A DNA stretch of 60,072 bases, filler included, from Hausera hauseri (GCA_046269625.1; 10 parts of 10 records of this genome joined end to end with filler, not necessarily neighbours in it); one strand, 5' to 3'; shown: positions 46,901 through 59,699, numbered from the whole stretch's first letter. Numbers and translations are program-made. Notes: a model not told the origin generated them from the sequence alone.

Positions 46901-49900
46901 CATTCGTTCTTTCGTTCTTTCGTTCGTTCTTTCAATCCTTCCTTCCTTCTTTCATTCGTTCGTTCTTTCATTCGTTCATTAGTTCCTTTGCTCGTTCGTT
47001 CGTTCTTTCTTTCGATCGCTCGATGGATCGTTCTTTTATTCGTTCCTTCGTCCGTTCATTCTTTCTTCCTTTCGCTCGATCGATTGTTCTTTCTTTCGTT
47101 CCTTCGTTCCTTCTTTCTTTCCTCCCTTCGTGAGTTCGTTCTTTCTTCCGTTCGTTCATTCGTGACTTCGTTTCTTCGTTCTTTCGTTCGTTCTTTTGTT
47201 CGTTTTTTTGTTCGTTCTTTCGTTTCTTCGTGAGTTCGTTCCTTCGTGAGTTCGTTCATTCGTGAGTTCCTCTTTCTTTCATTCTTTCCTTCTTTCCTTC
47301 TTTCGTTCGTTCATTTGTTCATTCTTTCGTTCTTTCCTTCGTTCTTTCGTTCTTTCGTTTCTTCGTTCCTTCGTTCCTTCCTTCGTTCTTTCATTCCTTC
47401 ATTAGTTCGTTTGTTCTTTCGTTCCTTCCTTCGTTCTTTTGTTCATTCGTTCGTTCGTTCATTCGATCGTTCCTTCGTTCGTTCCTTTGTTTGTTCCTGC
47501 ATTCGTTCGTTCGTTCTCTCATTCGTTCGTTCGTTCGATCTCTTATTCATTCGTTTGTTTGTTCGTTCGTTCGTTCTCTCGTTCGTTCCTTCGTTCTTTC
47601 TTTCGTTCGCTCGATCGATTGTTTTTTCTTTCGTTCCCTTGTTCTTTCTTTCTTTCGTTCGTTCATAGTTTCATTCGTTCTTTCGTTCCTTCGTTCGTTG
47701 GTTCATCCGTTCGTTTGTTCGTTCTTTCGTTCGTTCGTTTCTTCGTTCGTGCGTTCGTTCGTTCGTTCGTTCTTCCGTTCGTTCTCTCGATCGTTCGTTC
47801 TTTCGTTTTTTTGTTCGTTGGTTCATCCGTTCGTTCGTTCGTTCTTTCGTTCGTTCGTTTCTTCGTTCGTTCGTTCGTTCTTTCTTTCGTTCTTTCGTTC
47901 TATCATACGTTCGTTCGTTCGTCCGTTTTTTCATTCTTTCCTTCGTTATTTCTTTCTTTCCTTCGATCGTTCGTTCTTTCCCTCGTTCCCTCGTTCGTTC
48001 CTTCGCTCGTTCGTTCGTTGTGTCATTCGCTTTTTCGTTCTTTCGTTCGTTCCTTCGTTCGTCCGTTCGTTCTTTCGTTCGTTCCTTCATTCCTTTGTTC
48101 GTTTGTGAGTTCGTACTTTCTTTTATTCCTTCCTTCTTTCATTCCTTCGTACGTTCTTTCTTTCGTTCATTCGTTCCTTCTTTCGTTCTTTCGTTCTTTC
48201 ATTCGTTCGCTCGTTCGATCATTCGTTCACTCGTTCTTTCGTTCATTCGTGAGTTCCTTCTTTCGTTCATTCGTTCCTTCTTTCGTTCTTTCGTTCTTTC
48301 ATTCGTTCGCTCGTTCGATCATTCGTTCATTCGTTCGTTCGTTCGTTCATTCTTTCGATCGTTCCTTCGTTATTTGGTTCTTTCTTTCTTTCCTTCCTTC
48401 GGTCTTTCTTTCGTTCTTTCATTCCTTCATTCGTTCGTTTGTTCGCTCGTTCCTTCCTCCGTTCTTTTGTTCATTCGTTCGTTCGTCCTTTCGAACGTTC
48501 CTTCGTTCGTTCCTTTGATCCTTCCTTCATTCGTTCGTTCGTTCGTTCTTTCCTTCGTTCGTTTGTTCGTCCGTTTGTTCTTTCTTTCGTACGTTCGTGC
48601 GCTACTTCCTTCCTTCGTTCGTTCGTTCGTCTATTTTTCCTTCTTTCCTTTGTTCATTCGTTCTTTCGTTCGTTCGTTCGTTTGTTCGTTCGTTCGTTCG
48701 TTCGTTCCTTCTTTCGTTGGTTCATCCGTTCGTTCGTTCGTTCTTTCGTTCGTTCGTTTCTTCGTTCGTTCGTTCGTTCGTTCGTTCGTTCCTTCTTTCG
48801 TTGGTTCATCCGTTCGTTCGTTCCTTCTTTCGTTTGTTCGTTCGGTCGTTCGTTCCTTCGTTCGTTCGTTCGTTCGTACGTTCCTTCGTTCCTTCGCTCA
48901 TTCTTTCGATCGTTCGTTTGCTCCTTCCTTCCTTCGTTCTTTCGATCGTCCTTTATTTCGTTCTTTCTTTTGTTCATTCGTTCTTTCATTCGTTCGGTCT
49001 GTCGTTCGTGAGTTCGTTTCTTCGTTCGTTCGTGCGTTCTTTCGTTCATTCGTGACTTCGTTCCTTCCTTCATTCTTTCTTTAGATTACTCGTTCTTTCG
49101 TTCCTTCGTCCATTCGTTCGTTCGTTCGTTCGTTCGTTCCTTCTTTCATTCCTTCATTCGTTCATTTGTTCGTTCGTTCGTTCGTTCGTTCTTTTGTTCG
49201 TTCGTTCGTCCGTTCTTTCGTTCTTTCCTTTGTTCATTCGTTCTTTCGTTCATTCTTGAGTTCGTTCTTTCGTTAATTTGTTCCTTCTTTCCTTCTTTCG
49301 TTCGTTCCTTCGATCGTTCGTTCGTTCCTTCAATCGTTCCTTCGTTCGTTTGTTCGTTCGTTCCTTTTTTCCTTCGTACTTTCGTGCGCTCCTTCCTTCC
49401 TTCGTTCGTTCGTTCGTCCTTTATTTCGTTCTTTCCTTTGTTCATTCCTTCTTTCGTTCATTCGGTCGTTCGTTCGTGAGTTCGTGAGTTCGTGTGTTCG
49501 ATCCTACGTTTGTTCCTTCGTTCATTCTTTTGTTCGTTCTTTTCTTTGTTCTTTATTTCGTTCGTTCAATCGTTCGTTCTTTCGTTCCTTCGTTCCTTTC
49601 TTCATGAGTTCGTTCGCTCGTCCTTCATTCGTTCGATCTTTCGTTCCTTCGTTCCTTCGTTCGGTCGTCCGTTCTTTCGTTCTTTCCTTTGTTCATTTGT
49701 TCTTTCGTTCCTTCGTTTGTTCCTTCGTTCCTTCCATCGTCTGTTCGTTCCTTCAATCGTTCTTTCGTTTTTTCGTTCGTTCGTTCTTTCCTTCGTTCCC
49801 TCGTTCGTTCCTTCGCTCGTTCGTTCGTTGTGTCATTCGCTTTTTCGTTCTTTCGTTCGTTCTTTCCCTCGTTCCCTCGTTCGTTCCTTCGTTCGTCCGT

Positions 49901-50192
49901 TCGTTCTTTCGTTCGTTTTTTCGTTCCTTCCTTCCTTCGTTCTTTCGCTGTTTCGTTCGTTCTTTCGTTTGTTCGTTCTTTCATTCTTTCGTTCGTTCCT
50001 TTATTCCTTCGTTCGTTTGTGAGTTCGTACTTTCTTTCATTCGTTCCTTCTTTCATTCCTTCGTTCTTTCATTCGTTTGCTCGTTCGATTATTCGTTCAC
50101 TCGTTCTTTCGTTCCTTCGTGAGTTCCTTCTTTCGTTCATTCGTTCCTTCTTTCGTTCTTTCGTTCTTTCATTCGTTCGCTCGTTCGATCAT
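43963..50192. repeat. Degenerate tetranucleotide tract: (CGTC)n then (TTCG/TTCT/TTCC)n, with an internal N gap at 44222-44409
   Basis: Directly visible; strongly pyrimidine-rich on the plus strand. Confidence 0.98.
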
Positions 50193-50292
50193 NNNNNNNN
50201 NNNNNNNNNNNNNNNNNNNNNNNNNNNNNNNNNNNNTTAATTAATTAANNNNNNNNNNNNNNNNNNNNNNNNNNNNNNNNNNNNNNNNNNNN
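50193..50292. other. Artificial scaffold linker
   Basis: N44-TTAATTAATTAA-N44. Confidence 0.98.
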
Positions 50293-50960
50293 TCTAACTA
50301 AAAGTTTAATGCCTACTGTAAACCACAATAGGTCAAGTAGCTATTCTACAAAGAAGATTCCAACAACCTGGAGAAACTGTCACTCATTATTCTTACGCTT
50401 TATCAAAACTAGTAAAAGATTACGTCAACACTGTTAAGACCCAAATCTTAATTAAAAATCCTAATGCAAAAGAAGATGAATTAAAGATTGAGACAGATAT
50501 TCACCTATTAATTCAATTTTTGAAGGGTGTCAGAAAAGACATCAAAACAGATATTCTAAAGAGAATCTGGCTAACATTCAATGAAGCAGTGCGAGAAGCA
50601 CAGAATCTTGGAGATTATGTAGGCCCTATAAGAATGAACCATCTTTCAAATATAATAAAAGATTTGGTAATCAAAACAATAACTCAAATAACCAACAACA
50701 AAGTCAACAAAACCAATCTAAACTTCAAAATGTTAATAATCATCAGCAACATAGATCCCAGCAAAATCAGAACGCATATGACAATTCAAATAATAGCTCA
50801 TATTCAATAGAAAATAATTCTGGTAAAAAATATAACAAAAACAATAACAATTCATCTAACCAATATCAACAAAAAAGTCGAATTGATGTCAATAGAAACG
50901 GTGCACACATAGTTTGCAGAAGATGCGAACAGACTGGTCATAATTCCATAAACTGCATTG
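50293..50960 (+). pseudogene. gag: Retrotransposon gag remnant
   Basis: QFLKGVRKDIK...TFNEAVREAQ, an N/Q-rich stretch, and knuckle CRRCEQTGHNSINC (~50915-50956). Confidence 0.7.
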
Positions 50961-51097
50961 TGGTGCCCACGTTCATCCAATGGGCGATTTGATAAAAAAC
51001 TATTTTGTTTGAATATTTAAATAAAAAATAAACTTTTGTGTTTGCCGTACGAAACTATTGTTTTATAATTGCATGATTTTTAATCAACTATTTCCAA

Positions 51098-52115
51098 ATG
51101 TCTACAGGTTTGATTTCAATATTTGAAACAGATCTAAACGAGATTATTTTGGAATATTTTGAATATTGTGGGTACAGCAGTGCACTTCAAAATTTCATCA
51201 AAGAACTGGAAGACAAAGGCAAACCGACACCGAAGGAGTCGTCCGATAAGAAATTTAATTCGGTATCACGTGATGTCACTGGCAGAATTTTAAATGCATT
51301 TCATCGCGGAAACAAATTGGAATTTTTCAAATTATGGAATTCTCATTTACCAGAGACATTGCATCAGGATGATCCCGTCTGTCAGAAATTAGAAGTCTAT
51401 TGCCCAATCTATTTTGCAATTTTTTCGATTGTACATAATTTTGATAATGAAGGCGAATTGTTGTCAATGCAAGGATTCCGCGAATTTCTGGAAACTAGAG
51501 GTGCAAAATTAAGCAAAAGTACAGAATTCGTACGATTTTATGCGTTACCCTATGTGCCGAATCCTCGAGAACATCCGTCGTTTTGTGAATTATTTCAAAA
51601 CAGATGGATTTCCGGTTTAGGAATGCGAGTAAAACGATTTTTCAAATTAGCTCTATCAAATAACAGGGAACCAAAACTTATAAAATTATATCAGAAAAGT
51701 GGTTCAGACAACGATGAAATCAGTTTAAAACAGTTAGATTAAAATGGTTGACTCCGAAAGACTGACCACTAGTTACATGAAACGACTGAATCAAGTTCAA
51801 ATCGACTAACATAACTTAATAGGCATTAGTGCTGAGCTTGTTGATTTATTAGAAAAAAGTCTTCAGGGTATTCCGGTCAGTCCTAGTCATTTGCAACATG
51901 TCTGTCAAAAATTATTGGTTTCACAACAGCATCGACTTAAAACGAATGGAATTCCGGTAAATATAAGTTACGATTTATCGAGACCAGGAACAACGTCCAT
52001 GATGCTTCGACAATCCATTCAAGTGAATAACCTTCCTATGGCTAATGGACGAGAATCTACTGATATGAGTAATAAAGCGTTTAAGCCACTAAACTTTACG
52101 AAAGTGAAACATAAG
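51098..52115 (+). pseudogene. ARMC9: ARMC9 (LisH-domain ciliary protein) intronless pseudogene, N-terminal ~340 codons
   Basis: LisH LNEIILEYFEYCGYSSALQNF; QKLEVY..IYFAI; FLETRGAKLSKSTEFVRFYALPYVPNPREHPSF; D*HNLIGISAELVDLLE; RPGTTSMMLRQS, all collinear with ARMC9. Frameshift near 51740 and TAA near 51807. Confidence 0.88.
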
Positions 52116-52116
52116 T

Positions 52117-54790
52117 CTAACGAAACGTTCGATGGTCAACCGGTCCAATATATAATGGCAACCGATAGCATTGGGCCAAACTCGGAACAATCTGATGGTG
52201 GCGGTAATGAAGAAGAGTATGCCGTAGTTGAAAGAACCCAGTTAATCGATTCACGGAATAAACAATTGGCATCATTAACTGAAAAACTTCGCATTGTCGA
52301 TCGATTATGGTCAGAATGTACGTCTTACCGTTCACTGGTGGAAGTGACCCGACTATGTCCATGTGAATCGCATGAAAACGACTTGCTGGTGGTAGTGGGA
52401 TGATTGGAATTTGACGTGCCTGTATATTTTGGCTCTTTCACAATGTTGGCACTCTTGGAACCATTTTTGTATATCCTTTGACATTTGGTGTCAGGTATAT
52501 GACATTTGAATTAGTTTCTTTGTCCGTCGAATCCATGGGTGGCCTTGATTGTGGTAAAGACTGAATGTTTCTTTTCGGAATGATGGTGATAGTATGACTC
52601 TCCCGTTTTTGGTGAGTAATTCCACTGACGGATTCTGTAGTTCCAGTCCTTGTCTGTTTCGAAATCTTCGAAAGGCCACGGAAATGTATATTTCTGTGAT
52701 GTATCGATTTGTTGGATGTGTTTTCTTGAGTGTGCATCAGACACAGCATTATCGAGTTCCGGGCAGTATTCTTTTTTACAGTTGATTTTGGAGATATATT
52801 GCAAGTGTCTCCTCTGGCGCTTTGACGGTTCCTTTGGGCGCTTGTGGGTCAACAGTCTGCAATTCATATATATTGTGGTTGTAGTCGCCTGTAGAAAATG
52901 TCGAAAGTGTTCACAAGCTTTGTAAATAGCTAACAACTCTCGGTCATAAGAGTTATATTTTCTTTCGCACAATGATAGTTGTCTGCTGAAGAATGATATC
53001 GGTCGCCCATTTTGCTCTATTACTGTTCCGATAGCTCTGCCGGACTCACCCGTTGGTAGTATTGTCGGTGCTTTGTAGTCGAAGATCGTTAGTTCCGAGG
53101 CCCTAATTAGTTCTTGCTTGGTATTTTCGAAAGCTTCGCTTGCCTCGGATGACCATATCAAATTCGTTGTTCTTTTCTTCGATAGTTCGTAAAATGGACT
53201 CATTATTGCGGCCGCCTGTGGAATAAATCGATTGTAGAAATTTACCATGCCACAGTTGTTTGGTTGTATCGGGTTGCTTATAGTTTGTTATTGCGGTAAC
53301 TTTGGATGGTATGGGTTTGATACCCTTGTCGTTGATCTGGTGGTTCAAGAATTCGACTTCTTTTTTGAAAAACCGGCGTTTGTCTTTGTTGATTGTCAGG
53401 TTCGCTTTTGTTAGTGCCGTTTTGATCTGATCGATATGCTGAGTGTGTTTCTGCTTCGCTATGATAATATCGTCGAGGTACGCTGCCTCGAATAGATAGA
53501 GGCGAAGGACGTTATCGATTGCCTTTTGGAACGTAGCAGGGCATTTCGTAATCCAAAAAGCACAAATAGGAACTCGAACATAAAAATTGGTGTGCTGATG
53601 GCCGTTCTGCCATCGGTATCTAAAGGTACGCCTTCTCCAGGTCGATTGTGGAATTTTTTTCTTTTTTCCCTTGACTAGGAGAATGTCTTGGATCCTGGGA
53701 ATTGGGTATTTATCCGGAATCGTTTCCTGGCTGAGCGCTCTGTAATCTCCGCAAATCCTGTAGTTCTTCCCCTTTTTATTACCACTAGTGTGGATGCTAT
53801 TGATGATTGTGGTGGTCTGCATTTGTTTGCCATTATCATTTTTTCGAATCATCTTTTGGCTGTCTGTAACTTCTCGCCGAACAGCCTTCTGGGGGTTTAC
53901 TTCGTGGTAGTCCCGATAAATGTATTCCATGACAAACTTTTTCTCTGGTGGCGTTGTGTGTGCTTGTTTTGTACTTCTGCCTATCCGCTTGGATTGTGTT
54001 GATACGAAGTTTCCTTTGCTCGTACTCCAGGACGAACCCGAAGTGTGCCAAAAATCGTCATCCAGTATTGGTTGATTAACTTTGCAGACGTGAAATTTCA
54101 AAAAGAATTCTCTGTCGTTGATGGTCACCGTTAGTTGAAGGTTCCTCTGGCATTTCATTATCGAATTGTTGGCGGTGTGAAATATGAAATCGAAATGTTG
54201 CTTCGGTGGGAATCTGGATGTTGGTACACACGATATGGCTGCCGATGTGTCCACTAGAAAGGTAATACCCCTGCTCGAGACGGTTAATGAATTAATGCAT
54301 CGTTCCGAAGGTACCTCCACGATGTTTATTTTCGGGGTACCATGTCGTTTTCCTGCGTGTTGAAAGTGCAAGGTCGGCCGTCGCCTAAATCTTTGCACTA
54401 GATTGCTTTGTTTCCAAACTTAACGTGATAAAAACATAGTGAGCTTCGTTTACAGTTGAGTTGTTTCTTAATCTGCAATATGTCATTGAGAAACTCATTC
54501 AAATGGCTCTGTAGGTCGTTTGTCGCTGATGTTTGGGACCTCACGATGGAGATTTCTGAAGCGCTCGGATCGTACAATAAGTCGGCAAGGTCCACCAGTT
54601 CCTCGATCTCCTTGTCCATGTGTTCCATGTTGCTGCTTTGGAGATGGTCCGGCAATGCTACTAAGAATTTAAAATTTTCGGTCTCTTCGTTGCCTATGTT
54701 GGCTTTGTGTAGGGCCTGTTTTATCCTGTGGAACATCAGTGAGAGTTTGTCCGTTCGATGATGTCGATTGGTCAGTGCAGCTTCCATGCA
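52117..54790 (-). mobile_element. Decayed Gypsy element (gag-PR-RT-RNaseH-partial IN), CsRN1-like lineage
   Basis: gag CFYHVKFGNKAI*C; FLVDTSAAISC; CGDYRAL, PDKYPIP, YLDDIII; YNSYDRELLA; MDIVGSLP. Confidence 0.9.
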
Positions 54791-55178
54791 TGAGTAGATA
54801 GAAGGGAGCGCACGGCCCCAACATAAATTTCCTATCTCGAAGAGCCCCGGGGGAGGGGAAAAAATTTCTTTGCCGGATGGGTCATAGTGGGATAGGAAAA
54901 TTGGCTAATGGGAAACAAGACATGACTCCCCCCAGTTTGGGATATAAGCTTGGTGTGTCTTGGTTTGGCCTGGTGTGGCTAGGATTTGGCTTGATGTTGT
55001 GGTGTCCACAGCGGCCGGTGCCCTTTAGCCCATTTGGTTGGGCACGGCCGGACTTCCGCTATCGCCGTGTCGGATCAATAGTCGGATCCGATTCGTCACT
55101 AAGAATCAAATCTGAAAATTTTTTTGTACTTCAATTACCGAAACACAATTTTTTCCTGTTGAAAGTGAATGATGCAAT

Positions 55179-55610
55179 ATGAATAAAAATCTACTAATAG
55201 CAATTTGTAAAACCCAGCAAAGTGGGAAATTTAATTTCGTAAAACTGGAATTAAAATATTCAAAATAATTTGGCCTTATCCATTAATGATGTAAATTCTA
55301 TGGATATCAGTGAAAATCATCTGACAACAATTCTGGATATTATTATGGAAGTGAGTTCTTTGGAAATATTTATTTGTTCTCATAATATGAATCTTTGCCT
55401 TCCGTTAAACATTAATTTAACCACAATTCATCCATCGGTTTGTAAATTAGAACGTTGGAAAATCTTTTTACTCAGCAGTAACCAATTGGTCTCGTTGCCA
55501 AAGAATATCAACTCATGGAAAATGCTACAAAAAATTTGATGTCAATCGTAACGGACTTACCTGTCTTCCCGATGATATGGCTCATACGAAAAATTTACGA
55601 AAATGGGCTA
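55179..55610 (+). pseudogene. Leucine-rich-repeat protein pseudogene fragment
   Basis: MDISENHLTTI, LLSSNQLVSLPKNI, DVNRNGLTCLPDDM with stops and frameshifts. Confidence 0.7.
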
Positions 55611-55710
55611 NNNNNNNNNNNNNNNNNNNNNNNNNNNNNNNNNNNNNNNNNNNNTTAATTAATTAANNNNNNNNNNNNNNNNNNNNNNNNNNNNNNNNNN
55701 NNNNNNNNNN
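55611..55710. other. Artificial scaffold linker
   Basis: N44-TTAATTAATTAA-N44. Confidence 0.98.
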
Positions 55711-56147
55711 AGTATCAGTATAGTATTAACATCAGTATTATCAGTATTAATATTATAAGCATCATTAATGCCATTAGTGTTTTTATCATTTTTGTTTCTT
55801 TTGTCTTAATGGTTTCAGTTTGAATCGTGGTCGCTATCTACAGCTGGCTTCTTTGCTATATAAAGCCAAATAAATTTTATTTTCATAGCATTTTTGTTTG
55901 TTTGGTTAATCAGGTAGGCTTGTTTCTTGTCGCCTGTGGCTGGCTACATAAGCTTGAATAATTAACCACAACTAAGAAGAATCAGTTGTAGCCCGGGTCT
56001 AAACCTTCGCACACTTCACCACAGACACATGCGTATCTGTTTTATGGAAAGTTGCTCATTATTAAACGTAGTCTCCCTAATACTAGTTGTAAATTTGATC
56101 TAAATGGGGAAACGTACGTTTTAAGAAAATAGAACCTAATCTCACAC

Positions 56148-56233
56148 CCCGCGATAGCTCAGTTGGTAGAGCGGAGGACTGTAGAAGAAATGCTGATATC
56201 CTTAGGTCGCTGGTTCGAATCCGGCTCGCGGGA
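56148..56233 (+). tRNA. trnY-GUA: tRNA-Tyr(GUA) with a 13-nt intron (56185-56197)
   Basis: Acceptor CCCGCGA/TCGCGGG-A, D arm GCTC-AGTTGGTA-GAGC, anticodon GTA at 56181-56183, intron after position 37, T arm GCTGG-TTCGAAT-CCGGC. Confidence 0.97.
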
Positions 56234-56241
56234 GGAAATTA

Positions 56242-56255
56242 TTTTTTTTTTTTTT
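56242..56255 (+). terminator. RNA polymerase III terminator
   Basis: T14 run 8 nt after the tRNA 3' end. Confidence 0.85.
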
Positions 56256-56589
56256 AAATCGTTTTCATAATTGGCTAATCATTTATTATTAATTTACTAT
56301 ACAAATACTTCCTAAAATAATACTATTACCTTGTTTTTCTTCTTTCGTTCATGTTGATCAATATCTGCGGATGTATCGCCTTTATGAAGTGCAGAACTGT
56401 ACCGAGTTTCATATTTGTGGCAATGCATGGTAACCTGCTTGATGTGTCCGGCCTCATGGCATAATACCTCCTGAGTTGCACCTTTTGGTTACTAGTGCAA
56501 ACTGGGTCTTGTTCGACTGGAAGAATTTAACCTGGTGGTACCCATCTCCACCAGGCGCGCCAGAACCCAGTTATTCTGTGTCCTTTATT

Positions 56590-56815
56590 CACCCATGTTG
56601 CATACATTGACAAACCATCTCATATTGGGCCTGGTCCACACAGGACTGTTGTGACTGCACATCAAGACCCTGGCGTATTGTCTCGATTCGTATCTTATCC
56701 ATTCTCATTTTCTTTCAGTTGTCCCCAGGCTACTTCATTTCAGATATCTCCAGGACAAGCCTTATGAAACATCATTAGGGACTAAACTATACGGCAGACT
56801 GTGTGAGCTGGAAGC
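56590..56815 (-). mobile_element. Old non-LTR (RTE-like) retrotransposon remnant, copy 1
   Basis: Minus strand reads RMDKIRIETIRQGLDV, then a frameshifted RWF-like motif; homologous to 58505-58700. Confidence 0.5.
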
Positions 56816-58504
56816 AAGAATAAGTTTGTATAAGAGACAGCTTCCAGCCTGTACCGCCGCGTGGATGTGGGGATGACTTGTGTGGATGCAGGACGCCGGC
56901 TGCTTACTAAATTTCACTTTTCGCCCCGAGTTGGACTTGGTGACTCCTACACTGCTGCAGTGTCAGGCACAACCACAGCTTGCACACCATTATTATATTC
57001 CAATAGTGTTTTCTTATTTGAATATAAACGCAGTAATGTTGCTCTAGGAATCTTGATCTTTCTGCATCAAAACTTGATTGTTTAACTGTGCTGAACTAAT
57101 ACTACGACTACTACTTACGTTCGTTTTATGGCTAAACATAAGGCCACCACTGGATCCGCATCTCTGGCGATCCAGTGCACCCATTGTTATTCTGTTTCAC
57201 GATGTCCGTGCTACGCCAATCTCTATGCCAAGACTAATATATATACCTCTGCCAGAAAACTGAATGTGTATACTCGTACACACTATTGCTACTTATATTT
57301 TCAATTCACAGAGACGGATGTACTGTGCAAGCGGCGACCCATAGCCGACCCTGATACACACTACCAGGGCTGACAAATCATAGTCAGCCAAGATCCTCTG
57401 CCCACGTCTTCATCGTCCTCCCCAGGCAACGGTAGGGAGACCCACTGTCTAACACGCAGAGGTTCGAGATGGTCCTGGTTGAGTGGTGGACCGCTTCTAG
57501 GAGGCCAAACATTGCACAAAAACTAGGAGGACTCCAGTCCACCTCCTGGACACCACCGGGACAACAGGAAAGCTCAGCTACTCTCCTCCATAGTCCTCCT
57601 TAGGTCTGCAACAGCCCTTCTCATGGTTCGTAATACAACCACTTCAATAAGTTCTTCATACTTGACTCCAGTGCTTAGTTTTTGAATTTTGCGAAATATT
57701 TTTATTATTCTTGTATTCAGTGTGCTCCCTGTTGTAATTAAATAAGTATAGTTTGGGTTATTGTTTGTGTTCCAGTAGTATTCGCATGCATGGACTGCCA
57801 CTATCTTTTCAACATTCTCGGCTTTGTGTGCTAACATGTAATATAATAAGCAGTCTCCATAAGAAGCCTTTCCCCGCTGTGTTTCTTGTTTATTGTTGCA
57901 CCTGATGAACACATTGCTGGCCGTAACGTTGTTGTGTCGTCTGTTTCTTCCTTCTGAGTAAAAAAAAAAAAAAAAATGCTCCGATCTCGCCCTTGGTACG
58001 TCTTACTCGCTACGCCCTTGGTACATCTTACTCGCTAATTTAAAACGCTCGTAAAGATTCTCTGTCCAGGCCCTCGACGTGTCTCACGGCAAAGCTAGGA
58101 AAATCTGTCTGCTTACGGGTGGAGGCTTGGGATGATCCTCATTTGAGTGGTGTATCTCTTTTAGGAAGCCTAGCATTGCACTGCTGCCTGGAGGACTTCC
58201 GTTTACCTCTTAGGCATCATCAGGATGACAGAAAAGCTCAGCTATCCTCCTCAACAGTCCTCCTAATTCCCGGACTCATTCAAAAGAGCTGACATCTCGG
58301 TGATGCGAAGATCAAACAACCCTTGGGTTTTCTAAAGAATTCTCTAGACTTTTCGGTCGCTGTCTTTATCTTGGAGTATTTCAACTTCATCTTTGGAGCC
58401 TCTCCAGTTTCTCCTGTCCAGCGTGTGTTCTTCTGGGAGATCTAGTTCCCTGACGTTTGGTTTTCAATGCTGTTAGTGGCAGCTTTTATTAAATCATTCT
58501 GTAT

Positions 58505-58700
58505 ACATGAACAAACCATCTCATTTAGGCCTGGTCCACATAGGGCTGTTATGGCTGCACATTAAGTCCAAAGCTCACTGTCTGGACTTTTATATTATCC
58601 TTCTCATTTTATTTTGATTTCTCCTCAGATGTCTACAGAACATTGGCCTTGTGAAACATCATTAAAGACTAAACTTTTTGGCAGACTGTGTAAGCTGCAA
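58505..58700 (-). mobile_element. Old non-LTR (RTE-like) retrotransposon remnant, copy 2
   Basis: Shares ACAAACCATCTCAT..GGCCTGGTCCACA..TGAAACATCATTA..GACTAAACT..GGCAGACTGTGT with copy 1. Confidence 0.5.
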
Positions 58701-58869
58701 ACAACAAAGACGAAGAAGAAGATTTTGACCCGGTACATGTGCGGAGCGTTAGACGATCAACTTGTCACCACTACTACTTCACTAAATCTGTTTTGGTTAA
58801 TTAAACTTCATTTCTTTTTATGCATGATGCTCATATCTGGCAACACAATGTTTTTACTTCGTGTTCCTG

Positions 58870-59085
58870 CAAGAGTGGAGGAACCAAGTGGTCTCGAGAT
58901 AAGGCGCCCGCCTCAGGTGGTAGAGATCAGGGGGTTCAAATCACGGTGTAAATAATGGGGATATTTTTCACCTGGTAAAAAAAAAAAAAAAAAATTCCAT
59001 CGCCTTTGGGTAGTGAGACGGAATGTCCGTGTACATTATAGTGATTGTTAAACATTGCTTAGCAGTTGGAAATCGAATAAAAATA
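58870..59085 (+). mobile_element. tRNA-derived SINE-like remnant, copy 1
   Basis: B-box-like GGGTTCAAATC (~58932) then GGGTAGTGAGA..GTCCGTGTACATT..GTTAAA..CAGTTGGAA shared with copy 2. Confidence 0.4.
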
Positions 59086-59699
59086 AAGTCTCGAAACTCG
59101 AAGAAAAACCACTGTGACGCAGTTTCCGATACTTGAGAGCGGAGCACTCACTGATATACAGGGACCTATCTGTGTGCAGTGATCTTGACTCAGTGAGTAG
59201 ACTAAAACAAAATCCCTGCAAAAGTGGTCAATAATTCTGTGAAGGGAATAAACGAAGTGAGAAAAAACTGGTGTGAGACAAAATATACGAAGGTAGGGTA
59301 GGGGAAGTCTCATGTAAGTAGAAAGAATGGAAAAAAAAAACACAAGATTACATTACGACCAGAAGGTCTTCGTCAGGTACAAACAACACAATGACACAAT
59401 GAGAAACAAGACTACATGATTAAACAAAGAAACAAGAATGCTGATACTATAGTAGCAAACTAATGGAGAAGGAAACAATGAAATAAACATTTATTACGTG
59501 TATGAACAGGACAATTTGAAAGACGGAAAGAAGTGGATAAGAAGAATAAGAACACACTAGATAACAGACAAAAACAGAGAGAAAATTGACAACTCTGAAA
59601 ATCGGACCCACAACATTGAAACGACACCATCACATTGCCACGACAATACGCCAAGTAGTCTAGACTGCAACAGAAAAAAAAGAGGAAATTTATCGCTCC

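Noticed and set aside
43901-50240. Long RSFV / NERT-rich ORFs
   Set aside because: Translations of a tetranucleotide repeat that lacks stop codons.
51891-52403. Novel 170-aa protein
   Set aside because: Chimera of ARMC9 sequence and the antisense strand of a Gypsy integrase.
8425-55710. TTAATTAATTAA as a recurring biological motif, and gene neighbourhoods across it
   Set aside because: Always centred in identical 100-bp N spacers, so it is a concatenation linker. Scaffolds 1 and 2 are linked here by protein homology only, not by position.
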